From an uncultured Gammaproteobacteria bacterium (GTDB lineage: Bacteria; Pseudomonadota; Gammaproteobacteria; Steroidobacterales; Rariloculaceae), in contig CAWDUG010000001.1 in the NCBI GenBank assembly GCA_963805435.1, forward strand, positions 199,145 to 263,144: DNA of 64,000 bases. The letters are read 5' to 3'. Shown here piece by piece: positions 1 through 8,986 of the stretch. Below the pieces are notes generated by a model. That model saw nothing but the letters and a program-made list of their open reading frames with translations. It was not told where the DNA came from and did not search any database. Every line of letters begins with the position of its first letter. The first letter of the stretch is position 1. A program made the position numbers and the translations under genes.

Positions 1-302
1 CGGCGCCCGTCGGCTCGTTCCCGCCGAACGCCTTCGGTCTCTACGACATGTTCGGCAACGCGTTCGAGTGGATCGAGGACTGCTACCTCGAGGACCTACG
101 CAAAGGCCCGAGCGATGGTTCCGCGAACAAGAACGGCTCGTGCAACTCGCGCGAGTTTCGCTCCGGCTCGTTCATCAGCAATCCGCACATGCATCGCGCG
201 GGCAACCGCGTCCCCGGCTACGTGCCGACCACGCGCGGCCGGAACTACCTTTCGATTCGCGTGGCGAAGACGTTGAATGCCACGCGGCAGGTACATGAGT
301 GA
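1..302 (+). CDS. FGE-sulfatase (SUMF1-like) domain protein, C-terminal fragment; 5' end outside window
   Basis: Open in frame from the window edge to the stop at 300-302. The translation ...PVGSFPPNAFGLYDMFGNAFEWIEDCY... carries the G-x-YDM-x-GN-x-x-EW core typical of formylglycine-generating-enzyme type domains. Confidence 0.7.
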   Translation, partial: APVGSFPPNAFGLYDMFGNAFEWIEDCYLEDLRKGPSDGSANKNGSCNSREFRSGSFISNPHMHRAGNRVPGYVPTTRGRNYLSIRVAKTLNATRQVHE

Positions 303-329
303 GCGCCGCTCCGTCGGGCGATAGCGTAG

Positions 330-977
330 TCAGCCGACGCCGAGCTCGCGTTTGAGAGTGGCGAGCTGCTGCTCGAGATCCGCCACGCGTTGCTCGAGCA
401 CTGCCAGCGCGTCGCCGGAGCGCGGGCTTGGCGCATCGCGTAGCACGGGCTCGGCCGGAGCCGACTCGATCGGCCCGCCGAAGAGATGCGCGTACGCGTG
501 GTCCTGGCGCCGCGGCTCGCGCGGCAGCCGCGCGAGCGTACGGGCCGTCGGCTCGCGACATCAGCGACTCCAGGGCGGCCTCTACCTCTTGGGAGTTGCG
601 AACTCGTGCAGCCGACCGCTGCGAGCCTTCAGCTCGCCCGGCGTCTGCGGGCCACGCAGCAGCAGCAGACAGATCACCGCGTACTCGGCCGGCGAAAACT
701 GGATCAGCGCGAACTGCGTGTTGCAGAACCGCTGTCGATACTTGTCGACGCGCGAGTTCAGGTTTTCGATCATCACGTGCTTCTTCTCGGCGAGCTCGTT
801 CACCGTGCGCTGCACGGTGCCTTGATCGAGATTCAGCACGGGCTCGCGGCTCGACTTCTGGTTGCACGCGTTGACGAGCGCGTTCAGCGAGAGCGGGTAT
901 TGGTCGGGCGTGATGACCGACTTTTCCATGAGGCAGCCCAACACGCGGGCCTCGTTCGGGGTGAAGCGGATGTCCAA
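330..977 (-). pseudogene. yceH: YceH/DUF480-family protein interrupted by two frameshifts
   Basis: ORF 582..977 (MDIRFTPNEARVLGCLMEKSVITPDQYPLSLNALVNACNQKSSREP...) is collinear with E. coli YceH. The expected continuation lies in the two other minus-strand frames: first EVEAALESLMSRADGP, then LPREPRRQDHAYAHLFGG...LEQRVADLEQQLATLKRELGVG with a stop at 330-332. This implies indels near ~585 and ~545. Confidence 0.7.
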
Positions 978-1102
978 ATTGGGGTGCTCGGTGGGAAAAG
1001 GCGATTCTCCCCGACCGACGCGCTATCCGCCAGCGACTGGGCTTCCGATCGCGCAGCGATAAAGTAGACACTCTTGCGCGCAGCATCGACGGGAGAAGGG
1101 GT

Positions 1103-1981
1103 ATGCGCGGATTGCTCGTGGCTTCGGTCGTGTTCGTGGCGGTTGCCATGTCGTCCATTGTGCGGGCGCAAACAGCGCCACCTGGCGCAGCTTGCGAACT
1201 GGTTACCGCGTCCGGCGTGGCGGATCGGCAGCTGACTTCCGGCGGTCGTGCGCGCACCTATCGGTTGTTCGTGCCGCCCGGTTACGACGGCCATGCGCGG
1301 TTACCACTCGTCCTCGATCTGCACGGCAGCGGCGGCAACGCTGCCGGGCAAGCGGCGACCAGCCGCTTCGAAACGCTCGCGGCGCGCGAGGGCTTTTTCG
1401 TGGCATCGCTGCAGGCCGTGGACAGCCGCTGGAACGTGCCAGTGGCGGATGGCCGCGCTGACGACGTGGCGTATGCGTCCGATGTTATCGACGACGTGGC
1501 AGCACACGTCTGCGCCGACCTTACGCGCGTGTATGCCACGGGATTTTCCGGCGGCGCGCGCATGTCTTCGCTGCTCGGCTGTCGCCTCAATTCGCGCCTC
1601 GCGGCCATCGCGCCGATGGCGGGGCTGCGCTGGCCGGGTGCGTGCGAGGGGCGAGCCATTCCCGTGCTCACGCTGCACGGCCTCGCCGACCCGCAGAACA
1701 CTTACGACGGGCACGCGCCGAATCGCGGCAGCGAGTGGCTCGAGAGCGTGCCCGAGGCGCTCGCGGGTTGGGCGCAGCACGACGGGTGCCGTTCCGACGC
1801 CGTGCTCGAGGACCCGCCGGGGCCGCTCTCCACGGTGCGTTACGCGGGGTGCAAGGACGGCGCCGAGGTGCAACTGATCCGCATCGACGGTCTGCGGCAC
1901 GAATGGGCGCGCGACGAGGTGGATGCCACGGCCGCGATGTGGCAGTTCTTCAAGAGGCACTCGCTCATGAGTACCCGGTGA
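1103..1981 (+). CDS. secreted alpha/beta-hydrolase, PHB-depolymerase/LpqC-type esterase
   Basis: Signal peptide ...IVRAQ. LVLDLHGSGG oxyanion-type segment and a GFSGG nucleophile elbow (G-x-S-x-G). Layout matches COG3509-type esterases. Confidence 0.75.
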   Translation: MRGLLVASVVFVAVAMSSIVRAQTAPPGAACELVTASGVADRQLTSGGRARTYRLFVPPGYDGHARLPLVLDLHGSGGNAAGQAATSRFETLAAREGFFVASLQAVDSRWNVPVADGRADDVAYASDVIDDVAAHVCADLTRVYATGFSGGARMSSLLGCRLNSRLAAIAPMAGLRWPGACEGRAIPVLTLHGLADPQNTYDGHAPNRGSEWLESVPEALAGWAQHDGCRSDAVLEDPPGPLSTVRYAGCKDGAEVQLIRIDGLRHEWARDEVDATAAMWQFFKRHSLMSTR

Positions 1982-2043
1982 CGCGCTCGAACTGAGGGTT
2001 GCAGATCCGCGGCCGTCGCTGACGGCAGCGGCTTGCGAATGCG

Positions 2044-3471
2044 TCAGAGGGCCGAGAGAGGTCGTGCGACGTTCTCGAGCGGTTGTCGCTCGGCGTCGAC
2101 ACCGATCCGCAGCGCGACACCGGCTGCCACGCACATCAGCACGGCGGCACCCGCGTATCCCCAGAACAGCGAGCCGCGCTCGCCGGTATCGATCAGCGCG
2201 CCATAGAGAGCCGGGCCCACGAAACCGCCGACGCCGGTGCCGATCGCGTAGAACAGCGAGATCGCCATGGCTCGCATCTCGAGTGGAAACACCTCGCTGA
2301 CCGTGAGGTAGGCGGAGCTCGCGGCGGCGGATGCGAAGAAGAAGACCGCGGACCAGCACCAGGCCTGGCTCACGGCGTCGAGCCACCCCTGATCGAATGC
2401 GTACGCCGTGGCGAGCAACCCGACGCCGGACAATGCGTACGTGGCCGCGATCATCTTGCGCCGACCGACGCGGTCGAAAAGGCTGCCGAGCAGAAGCGGT
2501 CCCAGGAAGTTACCGATCGCGAACGGAAAGATGTAGTAGCCCACGCCGGCGACGGAGACGCCGAAGAAATTGGTAAGCACCAGCGCGTACGTGAAGAAGA
2601 TGGCGTTGTAGAAGAACGCCTGGCTCGCCATGAGCACGAAGCCAAGCAGTGCGCGGCGTCGATAATGGGTGGCGATCAGGCGCGCGATCTCGCGCCAGGA
2701 CACGAGCTCGCGCACGCGGATGGTGAGCGGCTCGCCGTGTTGCGTCGGCAGCGTGTGGCGCTGCGCGACGTGCGCTTCTATGCCCTCGATCACTCGCTCC
2801 GCTTCCGCAAAGTGCCCGTGCGTCATGAGCCAGCGCGGACTTTCGGGCAGGTAGCGGCGGACGAGCAGGATCGCAATCGCAAGCAAGGCGCCAAGCACGA
2901 ACGCGAGCCGCCAACCGACGTCCGGGTCGAATCGGCTGGGGTCGAGCAGCACGATGCTGATAGCCGCGCCCGCGGCCGCGCCGACCCAGAAACTACCGTT
3001 GATCGCGAGATCCACGAGGCCGCGGACACGCGCGGGGATCAGCTCGTCGATCGCTGAGTTGATCGCGGCGTATTCGCCGCCGATGCCGAAGCCGGTGAGG
3101 AATCGGCATAGCGCGAACGTCGCGAAACTCCACGTGAGCGACGTGAGCAGAGTCGCGGCGAGATAAACGGCCAGTGTGACGAGAAACAGCCGTTTGCGTC
3201 CGAAACGATCGGCGAGTCGGCCGAACACCAGTGCGCCGCAGACCGCTCCCGCTACATAGACCGATCCTGCCCAGCCGACCTCGCCGGCGGTGAGCCCGAG
3301 CGTGGCACGCTGCTGCAGCGCCGGGCCGAGGGAACCGACGATCGTGACCTCGAGCCCGTCGAGAATCCACGTAATGCCGAGCGCAATCACGACGCGCCAG
3401 TGCCAGTGCGACCACGGTAGCGCGTCGAGCCGCGCGGGCAGCGTGCTGCTGTATGTCGTTTCGGCGCTCAT
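2044..3471 (-). CDS. MFS transporter (metabolite/sugar:H+ symporter type)
   Basis: Internal ATG at 3469-3471 gives MSAETTYSSTLPARLDALPWSHWHWRVV... with 12 hydrophobic spans and the GRLADRFGRKR loop 2-3 motif. The longer 549-aa ORF has an Arg/Pro-rich non-coding-like N terminus. Confidence 0.85.
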   Translation of the reverse strand: MSAETTYSSTLPARLDALPWSHWHWRVVIALGITWILDGLEVTIVGSLGPALQQRATLGLTAGEVGWAGSVYVAGAVCGALVFGRLADRFGRKRLFLVTLAVYLAATLLTSLTWSFATFALCRFLTGFGIGGEYAAINSAIDELIPARVRGLVDLAINGSFWVGAAAGAAISIVLLDPSRFDPDVGWRLAFVLGALLAIAILLVRRYLPESPRWLMTHGHFAEAERVIEGIEAHVAQRHTLPTQHGEPLTIRVRELVSWREIARLIATHYRRRALLGFVLMASQAFFYNAIFFTYALVLTNFFGVSVAGVGYYIFPFAIGNFLGPLLLGSLFDRVGRRKMIAATYALSGVGLLATAYAFDQGWLDAVSQAWCWSAVFFFASAAASSAYLTVSEVFPLEMRAMAISLFYAIGTGVGGFVGPALYGALIDTGERGSLFWGYAGAAVLMCVAAGVALRIGVDAERQPLENVARPLSAL

Positions 3472-3691
3472 CGACTGGTCTGATAGGTGGCGGGCGCGTG
3501 CGCCGGGCGATCCGGTCCGCCGCGCCCCTCGCTCTCGACGAAGCAGGGGCACGACTGTATTTTGACCGAGCACGAGCGGCGATGGAACGGAGGTCGGAAG
3601 TGTGGCGAGCACGGAAAAAAACTTCGATTCTCGCGAGCGGAGGCCTCTGGGGCATGCAGGACGGCTCGGGTCGACAGTCGGAGGAGGCCGC

Positions 3692-5080
3692 ATGAGGGGG
3701 TTGTTTGCGACTGGATCGGTCCTCGCTGCGCTGTTGCTCGCCGCCTTGGTCGGTGCTCAGAGCACCCGCAGCGTAGGTCGCGGGGCACCGGTGTTGAAAG
3801 CGCTGCCGCACCCGAAAGGCGGGCCGCCACAGCTGTCGCAATACCTCGCCGAGTACCCGGTCGTCGGCCCGTTTCTCATCAAGCGCGGCGACAAGACGAT
3901 CCGGGTCGGGTCTGCCTGGGACGGTGCCGCTCCACCCGGCGTAACGCCTTTGCCGGTCGACATCTTCACGAGCAAGGATTTCTACAAAGACCGGGCGCTG
4001 TGGAGCGACCCGCGCTACTTCCGGTGCAATAGCAGTCTCGCGGTCGAGCAGCAGCACGGCGCCAGCAACTTCAGCGTTGCCGCGATCCATGGCGGTGCCG
4101 AGACCGCGGCCTGGGGCTACTGCGATCGCGACTATCCGCGCGCCGCGATCGTGAGCCCATATCCCTTCAAGACCGCGCAGGCGCACTACGAGGCGTTGCT
4201 CGCCGAGGCGAAGGCGCATGGCGGCCCCACCCAGCACACGCGCGCCAGCTTGCCGCTCGACTGGGACGGCCGTTACGGCAGCATCTCGATCGAGACCGTG
4301 ATCGGTACCTGGTACGGCATGGCCTGGAACCAGATCTCGACGATTCTTTCGCTTCTCACACCCGAGTATCAGACCCGCATGGTTCAACAGGAGTATCACG
4401 AGGGCACCACGAACGCGGCCCAGTGGCCGGGCATGTATTGCTGGCCCGAAGGCTTCATGCGTCGCTTCCACTTCGCGGGCACGGGCGTGAACCAGATCCT
4501 GGTGGCGCCAAAGCTCGTGCAGATCATGTCGTCGTTGGCAGGCAACTTCGTCACGGACATCAACATCGGCCGCCAATTCAACATGGAGGGTGTGGTGCCG
4601 CGGCTCGGCGCGGACGTGCCGCGCTGGTACGGCGAGACGATCGGCTTCTGGGACGGCGATGCTCTGATCACCTGGACGTCGAACATTCAGGGCTGGGCGT
4701 CGCACGGCGTGTTCGAGTTCTCGAGCAAGATGCAGACAGTCGAGATCTACACTCCGAATCGGGATGCCAGCGGCACGCTCGTGGGCCTGCACCATGAGGC
4801 GGTCTTTTACGACCCCGAAGCGCTCGTCGAGCCGATCCGCATCGTGCGCGACTTCGTCAAGCTGGGCGACTTCGACGAGGGCGAGCCGTATGTGTTCACG
4901 CAGTGCCTTCAGACGATCTACCCGATCAACGGGCTCGCCACACCGGTGGCGCCGCCGAAGGTGATCCCTTACGACGTCCTCGACATGTACAACCGGCCGT
5001 GGGCCCAGATCTGGGAGAAGTACTGGGAAAAGGGCATGAGCCGGCCCGAACCGACGGAGGACATCTTCAAGTTCGACTGA
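3692..5080 (+). CDS. secreted uncharacterised protein, large paralogue A (remote relative of the partner family)
   Basis: Start [24 protein letters not shown] (signal peptide). About 60 percent identical by eye to the 23069..24511 product. Shared blocks: [20 protein letters not shown] and [13 protein letters not shown][14 protein letters not shown]. Confidence 0.75.
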   Translation: MRGLFATGSVLAALLLAALVGAQSTRSVGRGAPVLKALPHPKGGPPQLSQYLAEYPVVGPFLIKRGDKTIRVGSAWDGAAPPGVTPLPVDIFTSKDFYKDRALWSDPRYFRCNSSLAVEQQHGASNFSVAAIHGGAETAAWGYCDRDYPRAAIVSPYPFKTAQAHYEALLAEAKAHGGPTQHTRASLPLDWDGRYGSISIETVIGTWYGMAWNQISTILSLLTPEYQTRMVQQEYHEGTTNAAQWPGMYCWPEGFMRRFHFAGTGVNQILVAPKLVQIMSSLAGNFVTDINIGRQFNMEGVVPRLGADVPRWYGETIGFWDGDALITWTSNIQGWASHGVFEFSSKMQTVEIYTPNRDASGTLVGLHHEAVFYDPEALVEPIRIVRDFVKLGDFDEGEPYVFTQCLQTIYPINGLATPVAPPKVIPYDVLDMYNRPWAQIWEKYWEKGMSRPEPTEDIFKFD

Positions 5081-5178
5081 ACGCGGCCCGAGAGCACCGG
5101 CGCTTCGCGTCCCGGCAGGATGACGCAGATACGAGATCGGATGTCGCTGCGGTGTGCTCGCCGCGGTATGCTGATGCC

Positions 5179-5697
5179 ATGGCAAATACGGAAACGGCGA
5201 TTCTCGCGGGCGGGTGTTTCTGGGGCATGCAGGACCTGATCCGCAAGCTACCGGGCGTCGTATCGACGCGCGTCGGCTACAGCGGCGGCGACGTGCAGTA
5301 CGCCACGTACCGCAACCATGGCACGCACGCCGAGGCGATCGAAATCGTTTTCGATCCGTTGAAGACCTCGTACCGCGACTTGCTCGAGTTTTTCTTCCAG
5401 ATTCACGACCCCACGACGAAGAACCGCCAGGGCAACGACACGGGTGCGTCGTATCGTTCCGGCATCTACTATCTTTCCGAAGAGCAGCGCGCCGTGGCTG
5501 AGGACACGATCGCCGACGTCGACGCGTCGAAGCTTTGGCCCGGACGTGTGGTGACCGAAGTGAAGCCCGCGGGGCCGTTCTGGGAGGCCGAGCCCGAGCA
5601 TCAGGATTATCTGCTGCGTTACCCCGGTGGCTACACGTGCCATTTTCCGCGCCCGAACTGGCGGCTGCCGCGCCGTGCCAGCGCGAAGACGGCGTGA
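5179..5697 (+). CDS. msrA: peptide-methionine (S)-S-oxide reductase MsrA
   Basis: [19 protein letters not shown]... contains the GCFWG active-site motif. Full-length collinearity with MsrA. Confidence 0.95.
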   Translation: MANTETAILAGGCFWGMQDLIRKLPGVVSTRVGYSGGDVQYATYRNHGTHAEAIEIVFDPLKTSYRDLLEFFFQIHDPTTKNRQGNDTGASYRSGIYYLSEEQRAVAEDTIADVDASKLWPGRVVTEVKPAGPFWEAEPEHQDYLLRYPGGYTCHFPRPNWRLPRRASAKTA

Positions 5698-5702
5698 CGC
5701 AC

Positions 5703-6173
5703 ATGAGCACCGAGAAAAGCGAATTGGCGAACGCGTTGCGTTGGTCGGGGGTGATCGAGCTCGCGCAGCACGGCAACGTGCCGCCACCGCGGCGCGTCGA
5801 GAAGAGCGATGCGGAATGGCGTAAGGCGCTCACGAACGAGCAGTACCACGTGGCCCGGGGTAAGGGCACCGAGCGCGCGTTCAGCTCGCAGATGTGCGCG
5901 CTATTCGAACCCGGCCGCTATCACTGTATCTGTTGCGACACACCGCTGTTCGATTCCACCACCAAGTTCGACAGCGGCACCGGCTGGCCGAGCTTCACCG
6001 CGCCGCTGACGCCCGACGTCGTGGCCTACCACCTCGATACCACCCACGGCATGCAGCGCGTCGAGACCACGTGCAACGTGTGCGACGCGCACTTGGGCCA
6101 TGTGTTCCCGGATGGTCCGCGGCCGAGCGGCCTGCGCTTTTGCATCAACGCGGTGTCGCTGAAGAAAGCGTAG
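5703..6173 (+). CDS. msrB: peptide-methionine (R)-S-oxide reductase MsrB
   Basis: CxxC...CxxC zinc motifs (CICCDTPLF, CNVCDAHLGHVF) and RFCINAVSL catalytic Cys segment. Starts 6 nt after the msrA stop. Confidence 0.95.
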   Translation: MSTEKSELANALRWSGVIELAQHGNVPPPRRVEKSDAEWRKALTNEQYHVARGKGTERAFSSQMCALFEPGRYHCICCDTPLFDSTTKFDSGTGWPSFTAPLTPDVVAYHLDTTHGMQRVETTCNVCDAHLGHVFPDGPRPSGLRFCINAVSLKKA

Positions 6174-6193
6174 AAAGACGGTGTCTTCACGCT

Positions 6194-6589
6194 TTACTGC
6201 GTCGTCTCCTGCGCGCCGAACAACTGCTTGCCGTCCGGCAGCGTGACCTTGTCCGCGGCCGCTTTCAGGCTGCCGTCGCGGGCGCGCGAACCCGTGATCG
6301 TGATGGTGGCGCCTTTCGCCAGCGAATCCTGGTTCCAGCCGTAGCGCATGAGGCGGTTCGGGCTGCCGAGCTCGAACGCCCATGCTTCAGCCGCGCCGGT
6401 GTCGTTCTTCACGTCGAGGTAGATCCACGTGTGCGGGTTCATCCACTCGATGCGCGTGACCGTGCCGGTCACCTGCACGGGTTTCGCCGCGTCGAAGATG
6501 GCGGCGAACGAGTGGTGCGCCGCGGCGGGTAAGCTCGCGCCGAGGAGCGCAGCGGTGAGGCCGAGGATCCAAGGGCTCCGACTATTCAT
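6194..6589 (-). CDS. small secreted HH-protein (DUF6152-like), copy 1
   Basis: Signal peptide ending PAAA, followed by HHSFAAIFD. Contains the conserved TGTVTRIEWMNPHTWIYLDV block. Paralogous to four other copies in the window. Confidence 0.8.
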   Translation of the reverse strand: MNSRSPWILGLTAALLGASLPAAAHHSFAAIFDAAKPVQVTGTVTRIEWMNPHTWIYLDVKNDTGAAEAWAFELGSPNRLMRYGWNQDSLAKGATITITGSRARDGSLKAAADKVTLPDGKQLFGAQETTQ

Positions 6590-6680
6590 AAACGCGCTCC
6601 CCCGATTGACCGAGCGCTCCTAGTCTAGTCCGCGGCCGCGAGGCGCGCACGTCCGGTGCCCGGCGGGGCGCCCGCGCTCG

Positions 6681-6709
6681 TTGACTCGCCCGCTGAACGG
6701 ACGTAGGTT
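6681..6709 (+). promoter_or_regulatory. sigma70-like promoter (TTGACT, 17-nt spacer, TAGGTT) inside a conserved 42-nt element, copy 1
   Basis: TTGACT at 6681-6686 and TAGGTT at 6704-6709. 35 of 42 nt are identical to the element at 11154-11195. The -10 hexamer ends 8 nt before the ATG at 6718. Confidence 0.4.
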
Positions 6710-6717
6710 CTTCACCC

Positions 6718-7569
6718 ATGTCGCGCACCGGGGGAATCAAGCTGCTGGCACCGCTTTGCGCGGTGCTTTTCCTGTGCTCCACGCCCCCCGTGTTCGCCCA
6801 GTGGCGCAACGCACCGCCCGAGGCCAACGTGCCGCGCACGCAGAGCGGTGAGGTCGATCTCGAAGCGCCCCCGCCGCGCCACGCCAACGGCCGCATCGAT
6901 CTTCAGGGCGTGTGGATGCCGAACGACAACCGCTACATCCGCGATCTCGCGCTCGACATCGGCGAAACCAAGGTTCCGTACCAGTCCTGGGCCCGACGCC
7001 TGACCGACGAGCGCAAGGACGGCTCGCATTCGCGTGAGGACCCGGATGCGCATTGCCTGCCGCAAGGCGTGCCGAAGATCGACTACGTGTCGTACCCGTG
7101 GAAGCTCGTCGAGACGCCGACGTCCGTCGTCATGATGTTCGAGACGTTCACGTTCTGGCGGCAGATCTTCACGGACGGCCGCACGGTGGACCCGAGCGCG
7201 AAACCCGCGTGGATGGGCTACTCAACGGGCCGTTGGGAGGGCGATACGCTCGTCGTCGAGACCACGGGTTTCAACGGCAAGCTCTGGCTCGACCAGATCG
7301 GTCACCCGACCACGGACCGCCTGCACGTGACCGAGCGCTTCACGCGGACGCACTACGGCCATATGCGCATCGACGTGACGATCGACGACCCGGGCGCCTA
7401 CACGGCGCCATGGTCCGCCTCGCAAGTCGTGCACTTGCGGCCGACGTGGGAGCCCCTCGAGTTCATCTGCGAAGAAAACAACCGGGATATGGAGAACCTG
7501 CCCGGCGACGCCTCGCTGGTCGGGGTCACGAACATCGAGGCTGCGCGGCGGAAGGGCTATCTCAAGTAG
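6718..7569 (+). CDS. secreted two-Cys partner protein, copy 1
   Basis: Signal peptide ...PPVFAQ. Family motifs present: IDLQGVW, CLPQGVP, GRWEGDTLVVETTGF, ERFT and the C-terminal FICEENN. Confidence 0.8.
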   Translation: MSRTGGIKLLAPLCAVLFLCSTPPVFAQWRNAPPEANVPRTQSGEVDLEAPPPRHANGRIDLQGVWMPNDNRYIRDLALDIGETKVPYQSWARRLTDERKDGSHSREDPDAHCLPQGVPKIDYVSYPWKLVETPTSVVMMFETFTFWRQIFTDGRTVDPSAKPAWMGYSTGRWEGDTLVVETTGFNGKLWLDQIGHPTTDRLHVTERFTRTHYGHMRIDVTIDDPGAYTAPWSASQVVHLRPTWEPLEFICEENNRDMENLPGDASLVGVTNIEAARRKGYLK

Positions 7570-7579
7570 GGGCCGGCGG

Positions 7580-8002
7580 TTATTCGGTCGCCGGCGCGCC
7601 GGTGCCGGGCGAGGTGATGAACAGCCGCTTGCCGTCCGGCAACGTCACGTCGCGGCCATTGGCGGCGTTCGAGCCGTTGCGGTGGCGGTAGCCGAAGACC
7701 ACGACTTCGGTGCCGGGCGGGATCGAGTCGCGCGTCATGCCGCGGCGCACGAGCGTGTTCGGGCTGCCGGCTTCGATCATCCAGCTCTCGACGGTGCCGT
7801 CGTCGCGCTTGACGTCGAGATGGATGAACGCGTGCGGATTGATCCACTCGACGCGCGTGATCGTTCCCTTGAGCGTGATGGGCTGCTTCGCATCGAACTC
7901 AGTCGAGAAGGCGTGATGCGCACCCGCAGCTCCCACGAGCGTCAGCAAGACGCCGCCGAGCGTCACGCCAAGGATGTTTCTCAGTAGCGCTCTTGCTTTC
8001 AT
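7580..8002 (-). CDS. small secreted HH-protein (DUF6152-like), copy 2
   Basis: MKARALLRNILG...GAAGA followed by HHAFSTEFD, then TRVEWINPHAFIHLDV. Its ATG (8000-8002) overlaps the TGA (7999-8001) of the upstream partner gene. Confidence 0.8.
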   Translation of the reverse strand: MKARALLRNILGVTLGGVLLTLVGAAGAHHAFSTEFDAKQPITLKGTITRVEWINPHAFIHLDVKRDDGTVESWMIEAGSPNTLVRRGMTRDSIPPGTEVVVFGYRHRNGSNAANGRDVTLPDGKRLFITSPGTGAPATE

Positions 8003-8973
8003 CGCTTGCCCTCCGCTGCCTTTCGCTCCTCTTCGCGCATCGCCGACAGGAGCCCTCGCATTCCGTAGTTGCCTTCGTGGCATGCGTACTCGACCATTTG
8101 TCCGCTCTGCGGATGCATGAAGATCTCCACGGTCCAAGGCGTCGTGAACACGGGGTCGTACACGGTCGCGCGATAACGGATCTGATCGGGTGCAGTGCGC
8201 GTGAATTGCTCCACGACGCGAAATTTGTCGCTCACGAGCGAGTCGAGCATTTGCACGCCGTAGTAATGTCGATTCGGTTTCTGGTTGGTCGTCTCGACGA
8301 CGAGCGTGTCGCCTTCCCATTTGCCGCGCGAGTCGCCGACCCATTGCGTGATGCGATTCGGGAAGTGGGCGCGGCCGTCGATCGGCACGATTCGCACCTC
8401 GTGATTCAGCTCGGCCATGATCGTGACGTAGTCCGGCGTTTGCACGATGTAGTAATTGTTGTTGTACGGCTCGGGCAGCATCGGTGCGTGTCCACCGCCG
8501 AAACCGATGCAGCGTTCCGTCAGATAGCGGTCCTCTGGCGTATCGGCCGGGTGCGCGGCGGCGTAGGCCACATCGCGGTCGAACTCGCGCTGCGCCGCGG
8601 CCGTGAACGGCGGCACGCGCCCGCTCTTGGGGTCGACGATCAGCGACGTTCGCCGCGTGGGCACGACGTCGTTGCCGCGGTCCATCCACGCGTCGTTGTA
8701 GGACCCGACGTTGCCGGCCGTCTTGTCCTGCTCGATGTTCTCGTCGCCGCTCTGCGCGGCGAGCCGCCGTTTCACGTACGCCTTGGCTTCCGCCGCCGTG
8801 AAGAACTCCTTGTCCTTGAGCTCGGCCGGGCGCTGCAACGGCGTCAGCGTCGCGTTGGACCAGGTTCCCTGCAGATCCGGGTCGCCCCACGGCGTGCGCG
8901 CCGGTTGTGCGCCGGCGAAAGGGCTCGCAAGTGCCAGCGGCAGCGCGATCATCACGAGCGAGTACGGTCTCAT
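7999..8973 (-). CDS. secreted two-Cys partner protein, copy 2
   Basis: Signal peptide ...FAGAQ. Motifs: PDLQGTW, ERCIGFG, RIVPIDGR, GKWEGDTLVVETT, EQFT and YACHEGN. Confidence 0.8.
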   Translation of the reverse strand: MRPYSLVMIALPLALASPFAGAQPARTPWGDPDLQGTWSNATLTPLQRPAELKDKEFFTAAEAKAYVKRRLAAQSGDENIEQDKTAGNVGSYNDAWMDRGNDVVPTRRTSLIVDPKSGRVPPFTAAAQREFDRDVAYAAAHPADTPEDRYLTERCIGFGGGHAPMLPEPYNNNYYIVQTPDYVTIMAELNHEVRIVPIDGRAHFPNRITQWVGDSRGKWEGDTLVVETTNQKPNRHYYGVQMLDSLVSDKFRVVEQFTRTAPDQIRYRATVYDPVFTTPWTVEIFMHPQSGQMVEYACHEGNYGMRGLLSAMREEERKAAEGKR

Positions 8974-8986
8974 GTCTTTCTCCTCG

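Noticed and set aside
175-1257. 360-aa minus-strand ORF
   Set aside because: It is mostly a shadow frame over the YceH-like gene and the esterase 5' region. Only a short internal piece (EVEAALESLMSRADGP) belongs to the frameshifted yceH.
2993-5869. 958-aa minus-strand ORF spanning the MFS 5' region, large paralogue A, and msrA/msrB
   Set aside because: It is antisense to four genes that have clear homology-like sequence. Its translation is Arg/Ala/Pro/Gly-rich with no recognisable motifs. This is a typical shadow ORF of high-GC DNA.
6175-6187. Short hairpin (aagac ggt gtctt) between the convergent msrB and HH-protein genes, considered as a bidirectional terminator
   Set aside because: The stem is only 5 bp with a 3-nt loop and has no flanking T/A tracts, so it is too weak to call.
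6695-6715. Reading the conserved element as an ECF-sigma promoter (GAAC ... CGT)
   Set aside because: There is no CGT-type -10 at the required 16-17-nt distance from GAAC. The TTGACT/TAGGTT pair with a 17-nt spacer fits a housekeeping-type promoter better.
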